DNA of 64,000 nucleotides from Chiloscyllium plagiosum (GCF_004010195.1 NC_057719.1:65095866-65159865), one strand, 5' to 3'; counted from the stretch's first letter, positions 50,798 to 63,908 are shown. A program made the numbers and translations. Notes: generated by a model from the sequence alone, not told the origin.

Positions 50798-52799
50798 TTG
50801 AGTCAAACTGCAACACTTTGGAATATTGTTACATATCCGTATTTTCTAAAAATGACGCTTCTGAACAATGGAACAACGAAACTACGATGTGGACTTGGGT
50901 GACTTCCTTACCAAAGAGAAATGGGATATGGACTTTGCACTTTCATTATCATACAGAAAGAAACACAGTAAGAAAGTTAAGTTTTAATTGGAGCCTGAAA
51001 GTTTAGACAGGTTGTTAACTTTCATGGATAAAAACTGTTACAAATATGATCTATTTATTGCTTGAGAGGTGTGTTCAGATCTTGATAAATTTAGAAAGAC
51101 TAAGGATCGTACCATGGAAGTGTACATAATGGTACCCAGTAGACTGTGTGCCACACTGCAAAACAAAATTTGGAAATTTTCCAGTGGTGTTTAGGTTATT
51201 TGACTGTTTCAAAGTTATTAAATGTAGACCAACTTCTAGTTTTGACTGGAGGTAAATTTATGGATAAACATGCACTGATAGCACAAAAAGTACTCTTTGG
51301 AAAACATTCCTTTTCCAACAGCAATCATAGTGTAAAGGAGAAAATTTCCGATATGATAAAAAAAGTAAGATGTAACTTTAACAACTTAGCTATTGCAGGA
51401 AGGAGAACTGTTACTAATAGAAATGATGACAGAAATACTATTGCCAATTTGATAAGCAAAAGGAATTCTGGATTTACAATAAGAGAACGAACCTCAAAAA
51501 TGTTTAGTGTGTAGTTCTGGTGCAATTCAAAGTATCGTTATGCCATGAACATCCTAAATGTTATCATAAATTATTCAAAACTACATGTTTGTGGAGCAGA
51601 CCATTCAGAAGAAGAGGATTAGTATACTGATGAATAAAAGGGCCATGTGTTTATCACAAAAAGTTTGAGCCCAGGGATGCAGGTGTCTGGTGGCAGAGTC
51701 TTTCAACTGTGCAGTATTAGACAATGAATGCATGTCTACAGTGTATGGAATAGACTGGATAAAATGCTACTCAGACTCTAAGTAATAAGAATCAAGAGGA
51801 TTCAAAGTTAAGGAATTTGAGAGTTCTAACCAGTTTCAGATTTGGGCATGATAACTCACTACAACCTTTGAAAAGAGTGGTTATTCCTTGTAAGCTACCT
51901 GGATTCAATTACTTTATTGGCGCAGATATTGTGGCAAGTGAAATACCATTGTTATTAGGTAGGCTATTGATGAAGAAAGCACAAATGAATTTGGATATGT
52001 AAAATAATAAAGCTATTATATTCAGAAAATTTGTGAATTTGCAATTTACACAACTAGAGTACTGTTTTATTCCTTTAATGAAACATCACATCACCACTAA
52101 ACAAATTAAAGCTGTGTTATTGACATTAGTGGGTAGAAAGTTAGACAAAAAGTTAATTGTGTTAACATTATGTAGGTAATTTGCCTAGTTGTCCTCTAAA
52201 AGGCTAAACACTTTAGTAAAAGATGTAGAATATAGGAGTATGATAAGCTCATTGAAGGCATAAGTGATAGATACGAAATTTGTAAGAAATATCAAAGGAC
52301 ACAGTCATAACCTACGATAACTTTGCCCTTACGAGATTTGAACTAAGTAGCAGCTATGGTTTTAACTGCACGGGATAAAGAAAAAAAGTCATATGTGGGC
52401 TTAAAAGAGAATTTAAAGTTGGAAGTCAGGCTTCTAGCGCTTTTAGATGCATTGATTTGGAAATTAGGCAGAATGGATCAAGGTCAATTTGCATCATAAA
52501 TCTTACATTGAAAACATTAGCCCTGTTGCTGTTTGCCAAAGTAGGGCATCACAAAAAGATGCAATGGATTCAAAAACAGAAATGGAGGAATTGTGAAGTC
52601 GAATTGCAAAGCTGACTTGGTTGGGCATTCAAATAATGCTAGATTCCAGTACTGCAGTATTAATGTTGAGTACAGCTATGAAAAATCACAAGGCGGAAAA
52701 TTATTTGGGCAAAAAGAAATTGAAAAAAATTAAAAATGCAGCATTGTGTTTGCACTGAAGTTTACATCATTGAGAGATTCCAGGAACGTGATGCTTCAT

Positions 52800-53170
52800 G
52801 AATCATAGATTCTCTACAATGCGGAAAGAGACTGTTTGGCCCAACTAGTCTGCACTGACTCTCCAAAAAGCATTCCACGCAGACTCAGCCCAACCTCCTC
52901 CCTGTAATACCACATTTACTGTGGCTAATCCACATCCCCTAACATCCTTGGACACCCATGGGGTAATTCAGTATGAGCCGAAAAGTGTGGCACTGGAAAA
53001 GCACAGCAGGTCAGACAGCATTGACGGAGCAAGAGAGTCGACATTTTGGAATGTTTATCATAGCCAGTTGACTAACCTGCACTCCTTTGGACCATCCAGG
53101 AGAAACCCACACAGATAGTTGCCCAAAGTTGGAATCGAACCAGGGTGCTGAGGCAGCAGTGCAAACTGAG
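52800..53170 (-). mobile_element. HE1-type SINE nested in the copia element, itself interrupted by a Penelope family B fragment (about 52975-53048)
   Basis: SINE tail gaatcatagattctctaca; insert gtggcactggaaaagcacagcaggtcagacagcat..gtcgacatttt. Confidence 0.8.
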
Positions 53171-55119
53171 TTCTTAAGAATAAAAAGTCTTGTAGTTTCA
53201 TTTGTGGAAATGGTACTAAACGTTGACCCTTTTTTGGGACGTTAAAAACATTAGAATAGTAAAAAGTACCTTAGTTGCAGAAAATCTCCTGCTTGACGAT
53301 GTGATAGATATGGAATTTTTTCTCAGTGCAAATATTGGAAGAAATTCTAAAAAGGGATAGCTACAGCAATAACCCATTGAAGGTTACATTTATAGTAAGT
53401 CACCCCTGGATTAATGCACTTAAATATATGCATGGAAAAAGACTGACGATCAATATTGTAGTTTTAAAATACCAAGACATCTCCAAAATTAAATGATGGG
53501 TAGCAGCATTCAGCCATTTGATTACTTCACAAAGAAAGGAACAAGTTTTAATAACCTGGACATACTGGAAAAAGAATTCTTGTAACATTACAATGCGCAA
53601 AGAAAAGAAAGAAATAAGATGTCAAATATATATGAATACATAGATTTATTTTGAAAGATTCCAATAACTTATAGCAAGGTGCCAAGGTGAAACAATCAGA
53701 TGATGGAATCATAAAGAAGGTGGAAAAAAATCCCGTAAAGGTTAACAGCTTATATTTCAATGTGTACATAAGATAAAATTATCTTGAAAGAAATTCTATT
53801 AATTTTACAGTTAAAATATCTTCTTTAACTCAAGTGGTCTTTGGCTGAAATATCATAGACCATCGCCCAGAACAATTATTCCCATTGTGATGGAGGGCTA
53901 ACTGGCCATTCTAGAAAGCAATAGCGTGAGGTGTGGGCAGGAGTCCTTCCTAGGTTTTTGTAATTATATCCCAGTGTTAAACATGGAAAGTTCTACACCA
54001 TAATAAAAGACCAATCAGCCCATCATTTCCATGCTGATATGATCTGAGATTCTTGTGTTGTGGACATTCTATTTCCAGTTCTCTCTCTTTTCCACCCACT
54101 GCACACCCACTTTCACCTTATGGCACACCACTTTCATGCCCTGAGTTACAATTAGGGATTAAATAAATGGTTACACAGCCACACATGAGAAGTTTGAACA
54201 TTTCCAATTGGATAATGAAAAGCTTTTCAATGCAAACTTCCTTTGTCTGCAGTATAATGTTTCACTTGTAGATTCTTCTAATGATCAATAAAACATTAAC
54301 ATTTGTTATAAACCTATTTCCTCTGGTGGGGGTGAAAGAACCTGGGAGGATAAGTCAGACTATAATACTGAAAGATATTTGTTTGCTTCTTGTTAATAGA
54401 CATTTATTGGTGAGAAACATATTTCCAAGTGTACATAGTACAAGCAGTCTTTAGGCTCCAATGCGCGAATATTGATCTGAGATTTGACCAGTCTCCTGTA
54501 CAAAAAAAGATCACAAAGTACCTGTAATGTTGTTGAGCAGAGTGTCACATTCTTGTGCAGTTCAGCAATTTCTTGACAGACTGTACTTTGTTTGGTTGTG
54601 GTGCTATCAGTGACCTGCCCTCCCATCTGTATACAATATAGCCTCTGTTGAACTGAAACGCTACCTAAAAAGCTCATCACATGTCTTGAAACAGACCGAT
54701 GTGCAGACAGATTATAATTTCTGTAATAAGCGCACACATTTTATAAAAAATTTTCCTGCTTATAAGGGGGCAAGGATTGTATCTAAAAATGCTTGTTATA
54801 AATATGGAAAACAAAATTTATTTAATGGGCAGTTCATTCAGTCAAACTGCATGGATTTGTGTTGAAAAGTTTTAGTCAAAAGCTTTCATTCCCAAAGGCG
54901 CATTTCAGCAGCTTTTGTCAGCCTCGTGAAAATTAATGAACTCTTCATGTAATTTGTGGTAAATGTAACAATTGATTTATTGCTTCTTTATAAAATTGCA
55001 GCAGTTCCTTACAGAATGTGGAGCTCATGGAGCTAGGGCTGACACCAGAGAACTCCTGGAAAGCTAGGTTTCTGGGACCTATCATCAATCACATGCCCTC
55101 ATTTGTGCCTTGCTTGTTT

Positions 55120-55540
55120 GTAGGATGTTGGTGTAGCTGGCAAAGCCAGTATTTGTTACCCAACCTTAACTCAACTCAAGGGTGAAGGAGAGTCATATCA
55201 GACTCAAACCATTAACCCTGTTTCTCTCTCCATGGGTGCTGTCAGATGTGCTGAGTTTCTCTAGCATTGCTTTTATCTCCAGAGGTCCGCTACTTTTATG
55301 AACATCAATCACATGGCTCTGTAGGCAAAACTAGGTTTGGATAGCAGATTTAATTCCTAAGAGAATATTGGTAGATCAGATTTTTAATTAACAACACTGA
55401 TGACAATCTCATGGTCACTGTCAACAGACTAGTCTTCAATTCCAGATTTATTTTAAAATTAATTGAATTTAAATTCTACAAGTGCATAAACACAAGTTTC
55501 TGGCTTATTTTTGGGTAACACGAGCACTATACAACTGAAT
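55120..55540 (-). mobile_element. Decayed SINE-like derivative of the tRNA-headed LINE family with a nested family D fragment (about 55185-55280)
   Basis: ggatgttggtgtagctggcaaagccagtattt (tail, reverse) and ttcaattccagatttatt..gaatttaaattc (head region, reverse). Confidence 0.5.
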
Positions 55541-55964
55541 ACCCTCAAACCCTAGATTAAGTAACGATAGGCCCAGTGTGACCAAACTAACTGGTCAAAT
55601 GGTAGAATAAAAATAGAACTCCTCTAGGGGATATGTATGCCACATGGTTGATTTGAGGAACTCAAACACTTAAATGGTTACCATTTCTGCATTCAAGGGA
55701 AATGCAGCTATCTAAAATGCAGTTAAACACTCCTGCCTGCAAGGATAATACAGCTTTGCTACTTTCAAAATAGCATGGTATAAGAGAGCTAGTACTTCTA
55801 AAGATGCTGTTTATTACTTATTGCTAGCCAAACTGTATCACCTCAAACTGATACGATGAATTGCGTTGTGGGCCTAACTAGTGATGTATCAGTTCTCCCA
55901 GTTTCCAAGACATGCTTGTTCTTCATGTTAACAGTATCTAGCTGAAGCAGAAGTTTTATTTTTT

Positions 55965-57705
55965 TGGAGCAGTATGTGGGAGAGGTGATGAGGGAACAGG
56001 CAATTCTGGATTTGATGATGTGTAATGAGGCAGACTTGATTTGGGAGTTTAAGTGAAGGAGCCCCTAGGGAGCAGTGACCATAGTAAGATCGAATTCACT
56101 CCGCACTTTGAGAGGTAGATGCTGGTATCAGATGTTGACACTATTACCACTGAGTAAAGGTAACTACAAAAACAGGAGGGAGGAGCTGGCCAGAGCTGAT
56201 TGCAAGGGGAGCCTAGCAGAAACAAAAAGTGGAACAGTAATGACGGGAGTTTCTGGGAGTAATTTTGGAGGCACAGCAGAAATTCATGCCAAGGACGAAG
56301 AAACATGCTAAGGATAGAACGAGGCAACCATAGCAGACAAAGGAGGTCAAGGACAGCATCAAAGCAAAAGGAAAAGCATACAATGTGGTGAAGATTAGAA
56401 GGAAGCCAGAGGATTTGGAAGCCTTTAAAAACCGGCAGCGGACAAGTCAAAAAGCATTAAAGGAGAAGGTGAAAAATGAGTATAAGCTAGCTAGTAATAT
56501 GAAAGAGCATTGCAAGAGTTGCTTTTAGATATCTAAAAGGTAGGAGAGAGGCATGAGTGGACATTTGACCATGAGAAAATGAGGCTAGAGAAGTAGAAAT
56601 GGCGAGGAAGGAATTGGCAGAGGTACTTTGCATCAGTTTTCACAGTGGAAAACATCAACAGCATACCAGAACTTCAAGAGAGTCAGGTCATAGAGATGAG
56701 TATAGTGGCCATCACTAAGGAGAAGGTGCTGGTGAAGCTGAAAGGTGGATAAATTCTGAAGGGGAGGCATTAGTAGTAATGATTCAGAAATCTTTGGAGT
56801 CAGGGAGGGTTCCAGAGGACTGGAAAATGGCTAAAGTAACATTTTTATTAAAGAAGGGAGGAAGGCAGAAGACAGGAAACTATAGGCTGGTTGGCTTGAC
56901 CTTTTGTCATTGATGAGATGATAGAGTCCATTTATTAGGATGTGACTACAGATCACTTGGAAGTGCACTGGTAAGATAAGGTTGAGTCAGTACAGGAGAG
57001 TTTATGTCTGACAAATCTACTAGAATTCTTTGAGGAGACAAGTTAGACAAAGGAGATCCAGTGGATGTGATCCATTTGGATTTCCAGAAGGTGCCGCACA
57101 AGAGGCTGCTAAATAAGATCAAAGCCCATGATGTTATGGTCAAGATGTTGATATGGGTAGAGGCTGAGAGACAGAGAGTGGGGATAAAGGGATCTTTTTC
57201 AGGAAGGCACCCATATGATTAATGGAGTTCCATAGGGATCAGTGTTGGGGCCGCAAGTATTCATGTTAGATATTAATGAACAGGATAAAGGGACTGAGGG
57301 TAATGTTGCTACATTTGCAGCTAACACAAATATAGGTGGAGGGACAGGCAATGTTGAGGAAATGGGGAGACTGCAGAAGGCTTAGACAGGTGAGGAGAGT
57401 GGGCAAAGAAATGGCTGATGGAATACAATGTGGAAAAATGAGATACTTTGGTAAAAGAATTGAGGTATAGACTATTTTTTAATGGGAAAAAGTGAGGACT
57501 GCAGATGCTGGAGATCAGAGCTGAAAATGTGTTGCTGGAAAAGCGCAGCAGGTCAGGCCGCATCCAAGGAGCAGGAGAATTGACATTTCGGGCATGAGCC
57601 TTTCTGATTCTCCTGCTCCTTGGATGCCGCCTGACCTGCTGTGCTTTTCCAGCAACACATTTTCAGCTATTTTTTCATGGGGTAAGACTTCAAAAATCTA
57701 AAGCT
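55965..57705 (+). mobile_element. CR1 LINE ORF2 fragment (endonuclease end to RT)
   Basis: PLGSSDHSKIEF, VPEDWKMAKV, LTNLLEFFE, VDVIHLDFQK, GVP.GSVLGP and FAANT motifs. Confidence 0.9.
57487..57666. mobile_element. Penelope-like family B inverted pair nested in CR1, 15-bp TSD
   Basis: 57519-57580 is the reverse complement of about 57608-57668. Flanks ctattttttaatggg (57472-57486) and ctattttttcatggg (57667-57681). Confidence 0.88.
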
Positions 57706-57724
57706 CAACGGGCCAGCACTGGCT

Positions 57725-57990
57725 ACTCATCCAGAAACCTCATTATTTTAAAATTCTCATCCTTTGTTTTCAAATCCCTTCATGATCTCATTCCTCGTTA
57801 TCTCAGTAATCTTTTCCAGTTCTTAAACCACCCTCCCTCAAACTCTGGTGGCAGTTACAATCCTGATTACGTTAGCAGCCATGTCTTCAGCTGCCAAGGA
57901 CATTAACTCTGGAATTTCCTTCCTAAGCCACTCTTGCTCTTTTCTCTGGCTTACCACCTTTGACACATTTGTTAAAGCTCACCTGTTTCT
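57725..57990 (+). mobile_element. L2 LINE 3' end, decayed
   Basis: tttaaaattctcatcc..ttcaaatcccttcatg (FKILI..FKSLH), ctctggaatttccttcc (LWNxLP), ttaaagctcacctgttt (KxHLF). Confidence 0.7.
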
Positions 57991-60900
57991 GTTGTGTCTG
58001 TTGGAGAACCAGCTACTGACTGGGGTGGAGTGCTACCATTAACTCTCCTTTCCATACTAGGTCTGTGGGCATGTTCAGTAAATAATGGAGGATGAACCAC
58101 TTACAAATCTTAAAAAGATGAAGCACTTGTCTTAACAACAAGATGTAGTTTACTGCATGATAGCAGCTGGTACAAGTTACATTGGTTAGTTAGATATAAG
58201 TAGTAAGTATAAGTAGAATCAGGAGTCAAAGATGACATGCCTGACCTGCTTAGGATCCAGAGCTAGACAACTCAATTCTCTACACAAGACTGTGTGACAT
58301 CATCAGATTGGGTGGATCCAAATCTAATCTCCAATATTAAATCATTCAGAGCCATTCTGTTACTCAATAGTCCCTTGCTTAAATATCTCCTTATGCGACT
58401 CTGTAATGCCCCAATGAATTGACTTGGAATGTTTTAATATGTAAAAGATTTGATATTAAAGCAAGTTGTTGGTGTTGGTTTGCTATTTTGACTTTAATCT
58501 ACTTTTTAAGTACTCTAACAGAAAGAAATAGAGGCATTTACATATTTGTTCTGGAAAAAGTTTCCATTGCACAAAATGATGATCATTTAGTATCATTGTT
58601 ACTGCACTATATTTATCTGATTATGTTTAGTTATGGAACTTGCTTGAAAACATATAATGGCCTATAATCTATTTACTAAGGTATTTCCACAACAGTCATT
58701 TGAGATGTTCCCAGGTAGAGAAAATGGGATTGTGCATATTTCTGGGAGAAACTTACGACAAACTATCCACAAATATTTTGACTGCAAATGTTAGGTTCTA
58801 CTGAAAACAAGGGTGATAATAGTTTCAAGCAAGTGCTTGGCTTCTGATTTCTGCTTTAATTATCTCCCTAATCTCCTCCATTCCATTGCAAACCTTTTGC
58901 AATCGTACAATACACTTATAATCATTTCACTGTAACAACAAGTTTTCCACCAGCTACTTCATTTTGATCAGATGTGAAATAATGGGCAATGGTAATGTAT
59001 GTCTGGGATGTCAGGGTAAAAAATTGCTAATGACCTTCTAAATGTTATCAGAAATTGATGTCAGCCATTCCACAAACCTGAGTGTATCTAGGTTTGTGCC
59101 AGACATGCGTACTTTCTTTCACAGTCTCAACCAGTAGGTTTTTTCTTGTGAACTTATATTTAACTCTGTCCAGATGAATGATTTTGAATTTTCTGGACTC
59201 AGATGTAAACAACATGTATCAAGAAATTTCCTCCTGTTTTGCTTAAAGCATTTGGAGCAATGTGGAATTCATTCACGCACATTTTAAACTGGGGCAAGTT
59301 ACGCTTTTGATTACTTTTTCCTTTTAGCTCAGCCATCTTTGGTCTCATTTGAGAACAATTCTTTGTTTCCTCTTTGAGGATAAAAATATATTGTTTGTGA
59401 CCAAGTTAGTTATAGATTTTACAGCATTTGGCTACACACAAGTGCTACAGATTTTTTAATGTGTTTTATGTTGCAACAGGAAATAAATTAATCACTTTTA
59501 TTTATACATCACTTCATTTTAATTTGAAATACAAATTAATGTGTGGGAAGTGGATATGCATTCACTAAACATTTTATCAGAATCTCTTGCTGTTGGATGT
59601 TTCATTTTCATCAGTTCTTTTGTTTTATTATATCATTCTCTTTAAGCTTTATTTAAAAATGAAACAGGATCGAGGAGAAAAGTGGTTGAAAGAAATTATT
59701 AATTCTGAGAGTTAGCTTTCTCCATTGAAATGTAAATATAATACATAGAAAAGGAACAGATTATTGAATTAATGTCATCCTTTCTTTTCATGTATTATCC
59801 GTTCCCGAATTATTTTGTACTTATTTAACTTCTTTCGAATATAAACTTCTACGGTGGCTTGGTCTCTACCACGGTGGTTGTACCTAATATGCAATGATTA
59901 TGTTAACTCTTGGTAAAAAGAACTAAATGTGAGGAACATGGTATTGAAAGATTCAACAAAGGTTTATTACAGTTTCAGATATGTTCAAATATTACAGCCA
60001 CAGTAATTTTTGTCACTTTGTCTGGACTAATATTAAGTGACAGTTACAATCATCACACTTCCTTCAGTGTGTCATGTCTCAAGAAGCCTCTATTGAGGTG
60101 CAGTCTGAGATCTTTATACCCTCAGATCACATGTTCTGATACAGCAATGATATCATAAGAACAACTCTTAAAGACGTATTATATTCTAACTGAGACATAA
60201 CACAACAAAGGGTTTTGGAGTAAATAACTGAAGAATGATCAACGCAGGCCTTAACTTACCAAGTACTGCATCCATTCCCACACCTCGAATTTCCTTGCTC
60301 TTCACCTCAAAAACATATCCCTCATGTCCTACTCCGAACTATAATTAAATCCTGTACCTTGTTAGTGGTGCAGTATTTGTAGAGTTAAATGTTCGCTGAA
60401 GACCTTTCCCCTGTGCCTTCTGAAAGACTGTTTTTCCTTTATCCAATCTCTTGAGTTACTGAAGACTTGTTAATTGTTAATCTGAACTTTCCAACTCTGT
60501 CTGTGATCCAAAACAATATTGCTTGTTGACATCTGTTATCAATACTTTTCAGCATCTTGAATCACCTACAGTCACTGGGTCACTTCAGCAGTAACAATGT
60601 GTGCTGATGTTCTTCCTTGAACTGTTGTGCTTAGCGACTCGACTGAACTTAAATGTTAATGATGATATCTGCACCCAATTGAAAACCAACATATTCAAAA
60701 AATTGGAGTGATCATGCAACCAGACTTAATCATTTTTAAAGCCACAATCATTAATACTGCATCTCAAATTTAAAGCCTTTCCATACTTTTAAATTTAAAC
60801 ATGAGAGGAGAACAATGATTATTTTTGGACAATGCCAGCAAAAGTAGAACTTAAATAAATACCAATAAATAAAGATTGTGGAACCCATCTGAACTTAAAA

Positions 60901-61749
60901 AATGGCTAACATATAGCCAGAAGACCTGCGAAATAAAAATGCAATTGTTAGTTTCTATATAAGGCAGTATTTATTTCAGTGCTGCTCTGAAGAGTCAGCC
61001 TATGAGAGATACAAGGATTGAGAGCCTTTAAAGAACACTGGGCCAAGTCTAACCCTGAAATGATGCAGATGGTTGTACCTTCAATATGTCAAGAATATCA
61101 AACCATCTGTGAACTTTGGATCAACTTTTAAGTTGCAGAACTTGTTTTGTTATCTCAACGTGGTAGTTTAATATTGTGTGGTTATAAAATCTGCCATTGC
61201 CCTTAAAACTGATAATGATAACGCAAAATTGTAACTGTAATGTTCATATGTCTGGTCAGTTGATAATATGGGAACAGAGTGTTTTGTATAATACATTGCA
61301 CTCTTTAGGATTTAAGATACTTGCAACATGTTTCAAATAAAATTTATTCTTTGGTTTATGTGACTACATTTATGAATAGTTATCTACTAATACTGAAAAC
61401 ATTCTCTTGATGAACAAATATATTTAGTTTTGTTGCAAAGAGATCTGACAGACTTTTTCTGACTATAATGTCTTCTCCTAGCCTTAGTCATCTATTCTAA
61501 TTTATTATTTAAAATTAACTGGAAAATTACAAATAACCTTCAGCTGAGCACTGAAGTAAATGAATGGAAAGAGCATTTCATAAGGAAACCTGGGAGACGT
61601 TTTCTGCTGACCACTCACTATTTCCATAATAAAAGATCAAGGGTAGGTAGGAAAATCCACACTGTTGGCAGGAATGCTGGCTTGCCAGCACTATCCACCT
61701 TTCTGGTTATTTGCCTTAATGCAGCCTCCTAGTAGCAGGCAAGCCCGAG

Positions 61750-61995
61750 TGTAGGGAACATGACCATCGACAAGTTCCCTCAAAATCAAACATTATCTTG
61801 GACTTGGAACTATAATTGCTGTTCCTTTGTTGTTGCTGGTCTAATATTCCAGAATTACCTTCCTAACAACATTGTTTGCACCTATGCTTCACTATTCTCC
61901 CAACTGCCTCCTTGGATTGAAGCAATTCAAGGTGGTGGGTATCCATCACATTCTTAAGGACAAATATGGATAGTCAACAAATACTGCCCACATTT
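61750..61995 (+). mobile_element. 3' end of the tRNA-headed LINE family
   Basis: caagttccctcaaaatc..cttggacttggaactata..gcaattcaaggtggtggg..catcaca is colinear with 45290-45480. Confidence 0.65.
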
Positions 61996-62261
61996 TATGA
62001 TCAATATTTTAGAAAAAGCTTTGCAGCCATCTGCACTTGCTGGGCGACAGCGCTGGCCACAAGTCACATGGTGCAGGTGGAATCTGAGGAAGGGTGACTG
62101 GACCTATGATTTCTCTCCACAGATGCTGCCAGACCTGCTGAACTTTTCCATGAATTTTTGTTCCACAATGGCAGCAATTTTTTTTAAATTTTAAGAATTC
62201 AGAAATTTGGAGAGTGTGCCTCAAACGCTGATTGTACCCAGAGAGACAGAAGGCCTCCTTC

Positions 62262-62533
62262 GTGACTAACACGAAGTTTTAAGCTGGTTGGAGGAAAGTA
62301 TAGAGGGGATGTCAGAGGCTGGTTCTTTACACAGAGAGTTGTGAGCGCATGGAATGCGTTGCCAGCAGCAGTTGTGGAAGCAAGGTCATTGGGGACATTT
62401 AAGAGACTACTGGACATGCATATGGTCACAGAAATTTGAGGGTGCATAGATGAGGATCAGTGGTCGGCACAACATCGTGGGCTGAAGGGCCTGTTCTGTG
62501 CTGTACTGTTCTATGTTCTATGTTCTATGTTCT
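62262..62533 (+). mobile_element. Young CR1 3' end with (TTCTATG)n tail
   Basis: FFTQRVVSAWNALP..TFKRLLDMHM, then gggctgaagggcctgttctgtgctgtac(tgttcta)n. Confidence 0.92.
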
Positions 62534-63079
62534 TTCGGCTGCCAAACTTCAAAACATCATCTGCTCATCCTGAAATCTACCGTCTAGCCGCTTTTCAGCT
62601 ACTTTCTGGAAAATCTTTGCCTGGTAACTGTTCCCACACACTGTAGAGAGGTGGCCCCCATTGTGGTTGTGATGCAAAATCTTGACTTAAGTCTCTTTTT
62701 GTAGCTTTTGGTACATATTGTGTATGTACCAAAGTGCTAACAAAATTTAAACTCTTGACATTCTTATATGAACAATTTCTCAAATGCTGCCATCAGGTAT
62801 GAACTTATTTTGCTAAAACAAAGATTACTTTGAACTCTTCAGCAAAGTGGAGAATGATAGTTTTCACTTTGTTATTTTAATGATGATTAATAGAACAATT
62901 GTTTACTGTGGATTGTGACACCATAGAACTTTGATGACAAATGGAAGCAACAATGCAAAAAAAAAGCTAATCAGGGAGCTTTACCAGAGACAGGATGAGG
63001 AGATGGAAAAATTCAGAAGGAATAGTGGGGAAATCCTGGGAAGCCTGAGTGAAAAGGCCAAAAGATCTTTCTTAGAAGA

Positions 63080-63445
63080 TGGCAGCATATTGGAGACGGT
63101 AGTCTGGAGGCCAAGGCTAATGGTGTGTGCGGACATAGGTTCAAATTTCAATGCAGTGGAATTTCGATTCAATTTTTAATTCTGGAACTAAATGCTCATC
63201 TTATTAATGGTGATTGTGAAGCTACCATTGATTGTTGTAAAAACCCATTTGGTCACAACTGCCCCTTTAGTGAAGGAAACCTGCTAATCTTATCTGGTCT
63301 AACCTACATGTGATTCCAGGATAACAGCAATGTGGTTTACTCATCACTGCTGTATGAAATGGGTTAACAAGCCACCCAGTTCAAGGGCAATTAGGGATGG
63401 TCTAGTAATGCTGGCTGAGTCAGTGACCCATGAAATCTTTTTAAA
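63080..63445 (+). mobile_element. SINE-like head-plus-tail derivative of the tRNA-headed LINE family
   Basis: ggttcaaatttc B box, tctggtctaacctacatgtgattccag body, gggcaattagggatgg..aatgctggc tail. Confidence 0.7.
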
Positions 63446-63908
63446 AAGTATAAGGAAAGGGAGCAGGAAATACTCAAGATTTTGATTTTCAAGGTAAACA
63501 TTCTCTACAATTTTTAATCTTGCTTCCAAGTATTCAGGAATTCCTCATACCTTTAATAATATAAATCAAAAACCTTGCGTCTATTTTCAGAGTAAAAGGG
63601 TAGGAACAGATTCCTTACTAATTACTCATGGTTTAAAAACTTCAAAATAAGAGGTTACTTCTGTTGCAGCCTTTTATTTTTGGCTACAGATATTTTTCAA
63701 TTAAGTATTCTAAATATTAAGATTAGGCACAGAAGCCAGATCAAATATATTTATGGAATCTCTGAGGCAGAGGAAAAAGGATTCATTGTAAGTGGAAGGT
63801 CAGTTGCCAAGTTCTCTTTGTTCCTTGGAGGACACCTGTTTTAACCCGCATCGGAGCCAAGAGAAGGAGAAGTACTGTTTGCTGTAAGTCTGTTTAACAA
63901 TTTCACAG

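Larger units (their letters stand above)
50609..53620 (+). mobile_element. Decayed Ty1/copia LTR retrotransposon (GalEa-like), internally deleted
   Basis: Putative LTR end ..TAACA (50780) and PBS, then gag (EQWNNETTMWTWVTSLPK; degenerate zinc knuckle), protease (AVLDNECMSTVYGIDW; FRFG..IPC..EIPLLLGR), integrase zinc region (EICKKYQR..LPLRD), RT end (FKVGSQASSAF..SYIENI) and RNase H (VKSTLVAE; KRLTINI; DYFTKKG), in copia order. Confidence 0.82.

Noticed and set aside
54393..54737. 114-aa minus-strand ORF with internal splice-like sites and a downstream AATAAA
   Set aside because: No recognisable domain, and the implied intron would be only 26 nt.
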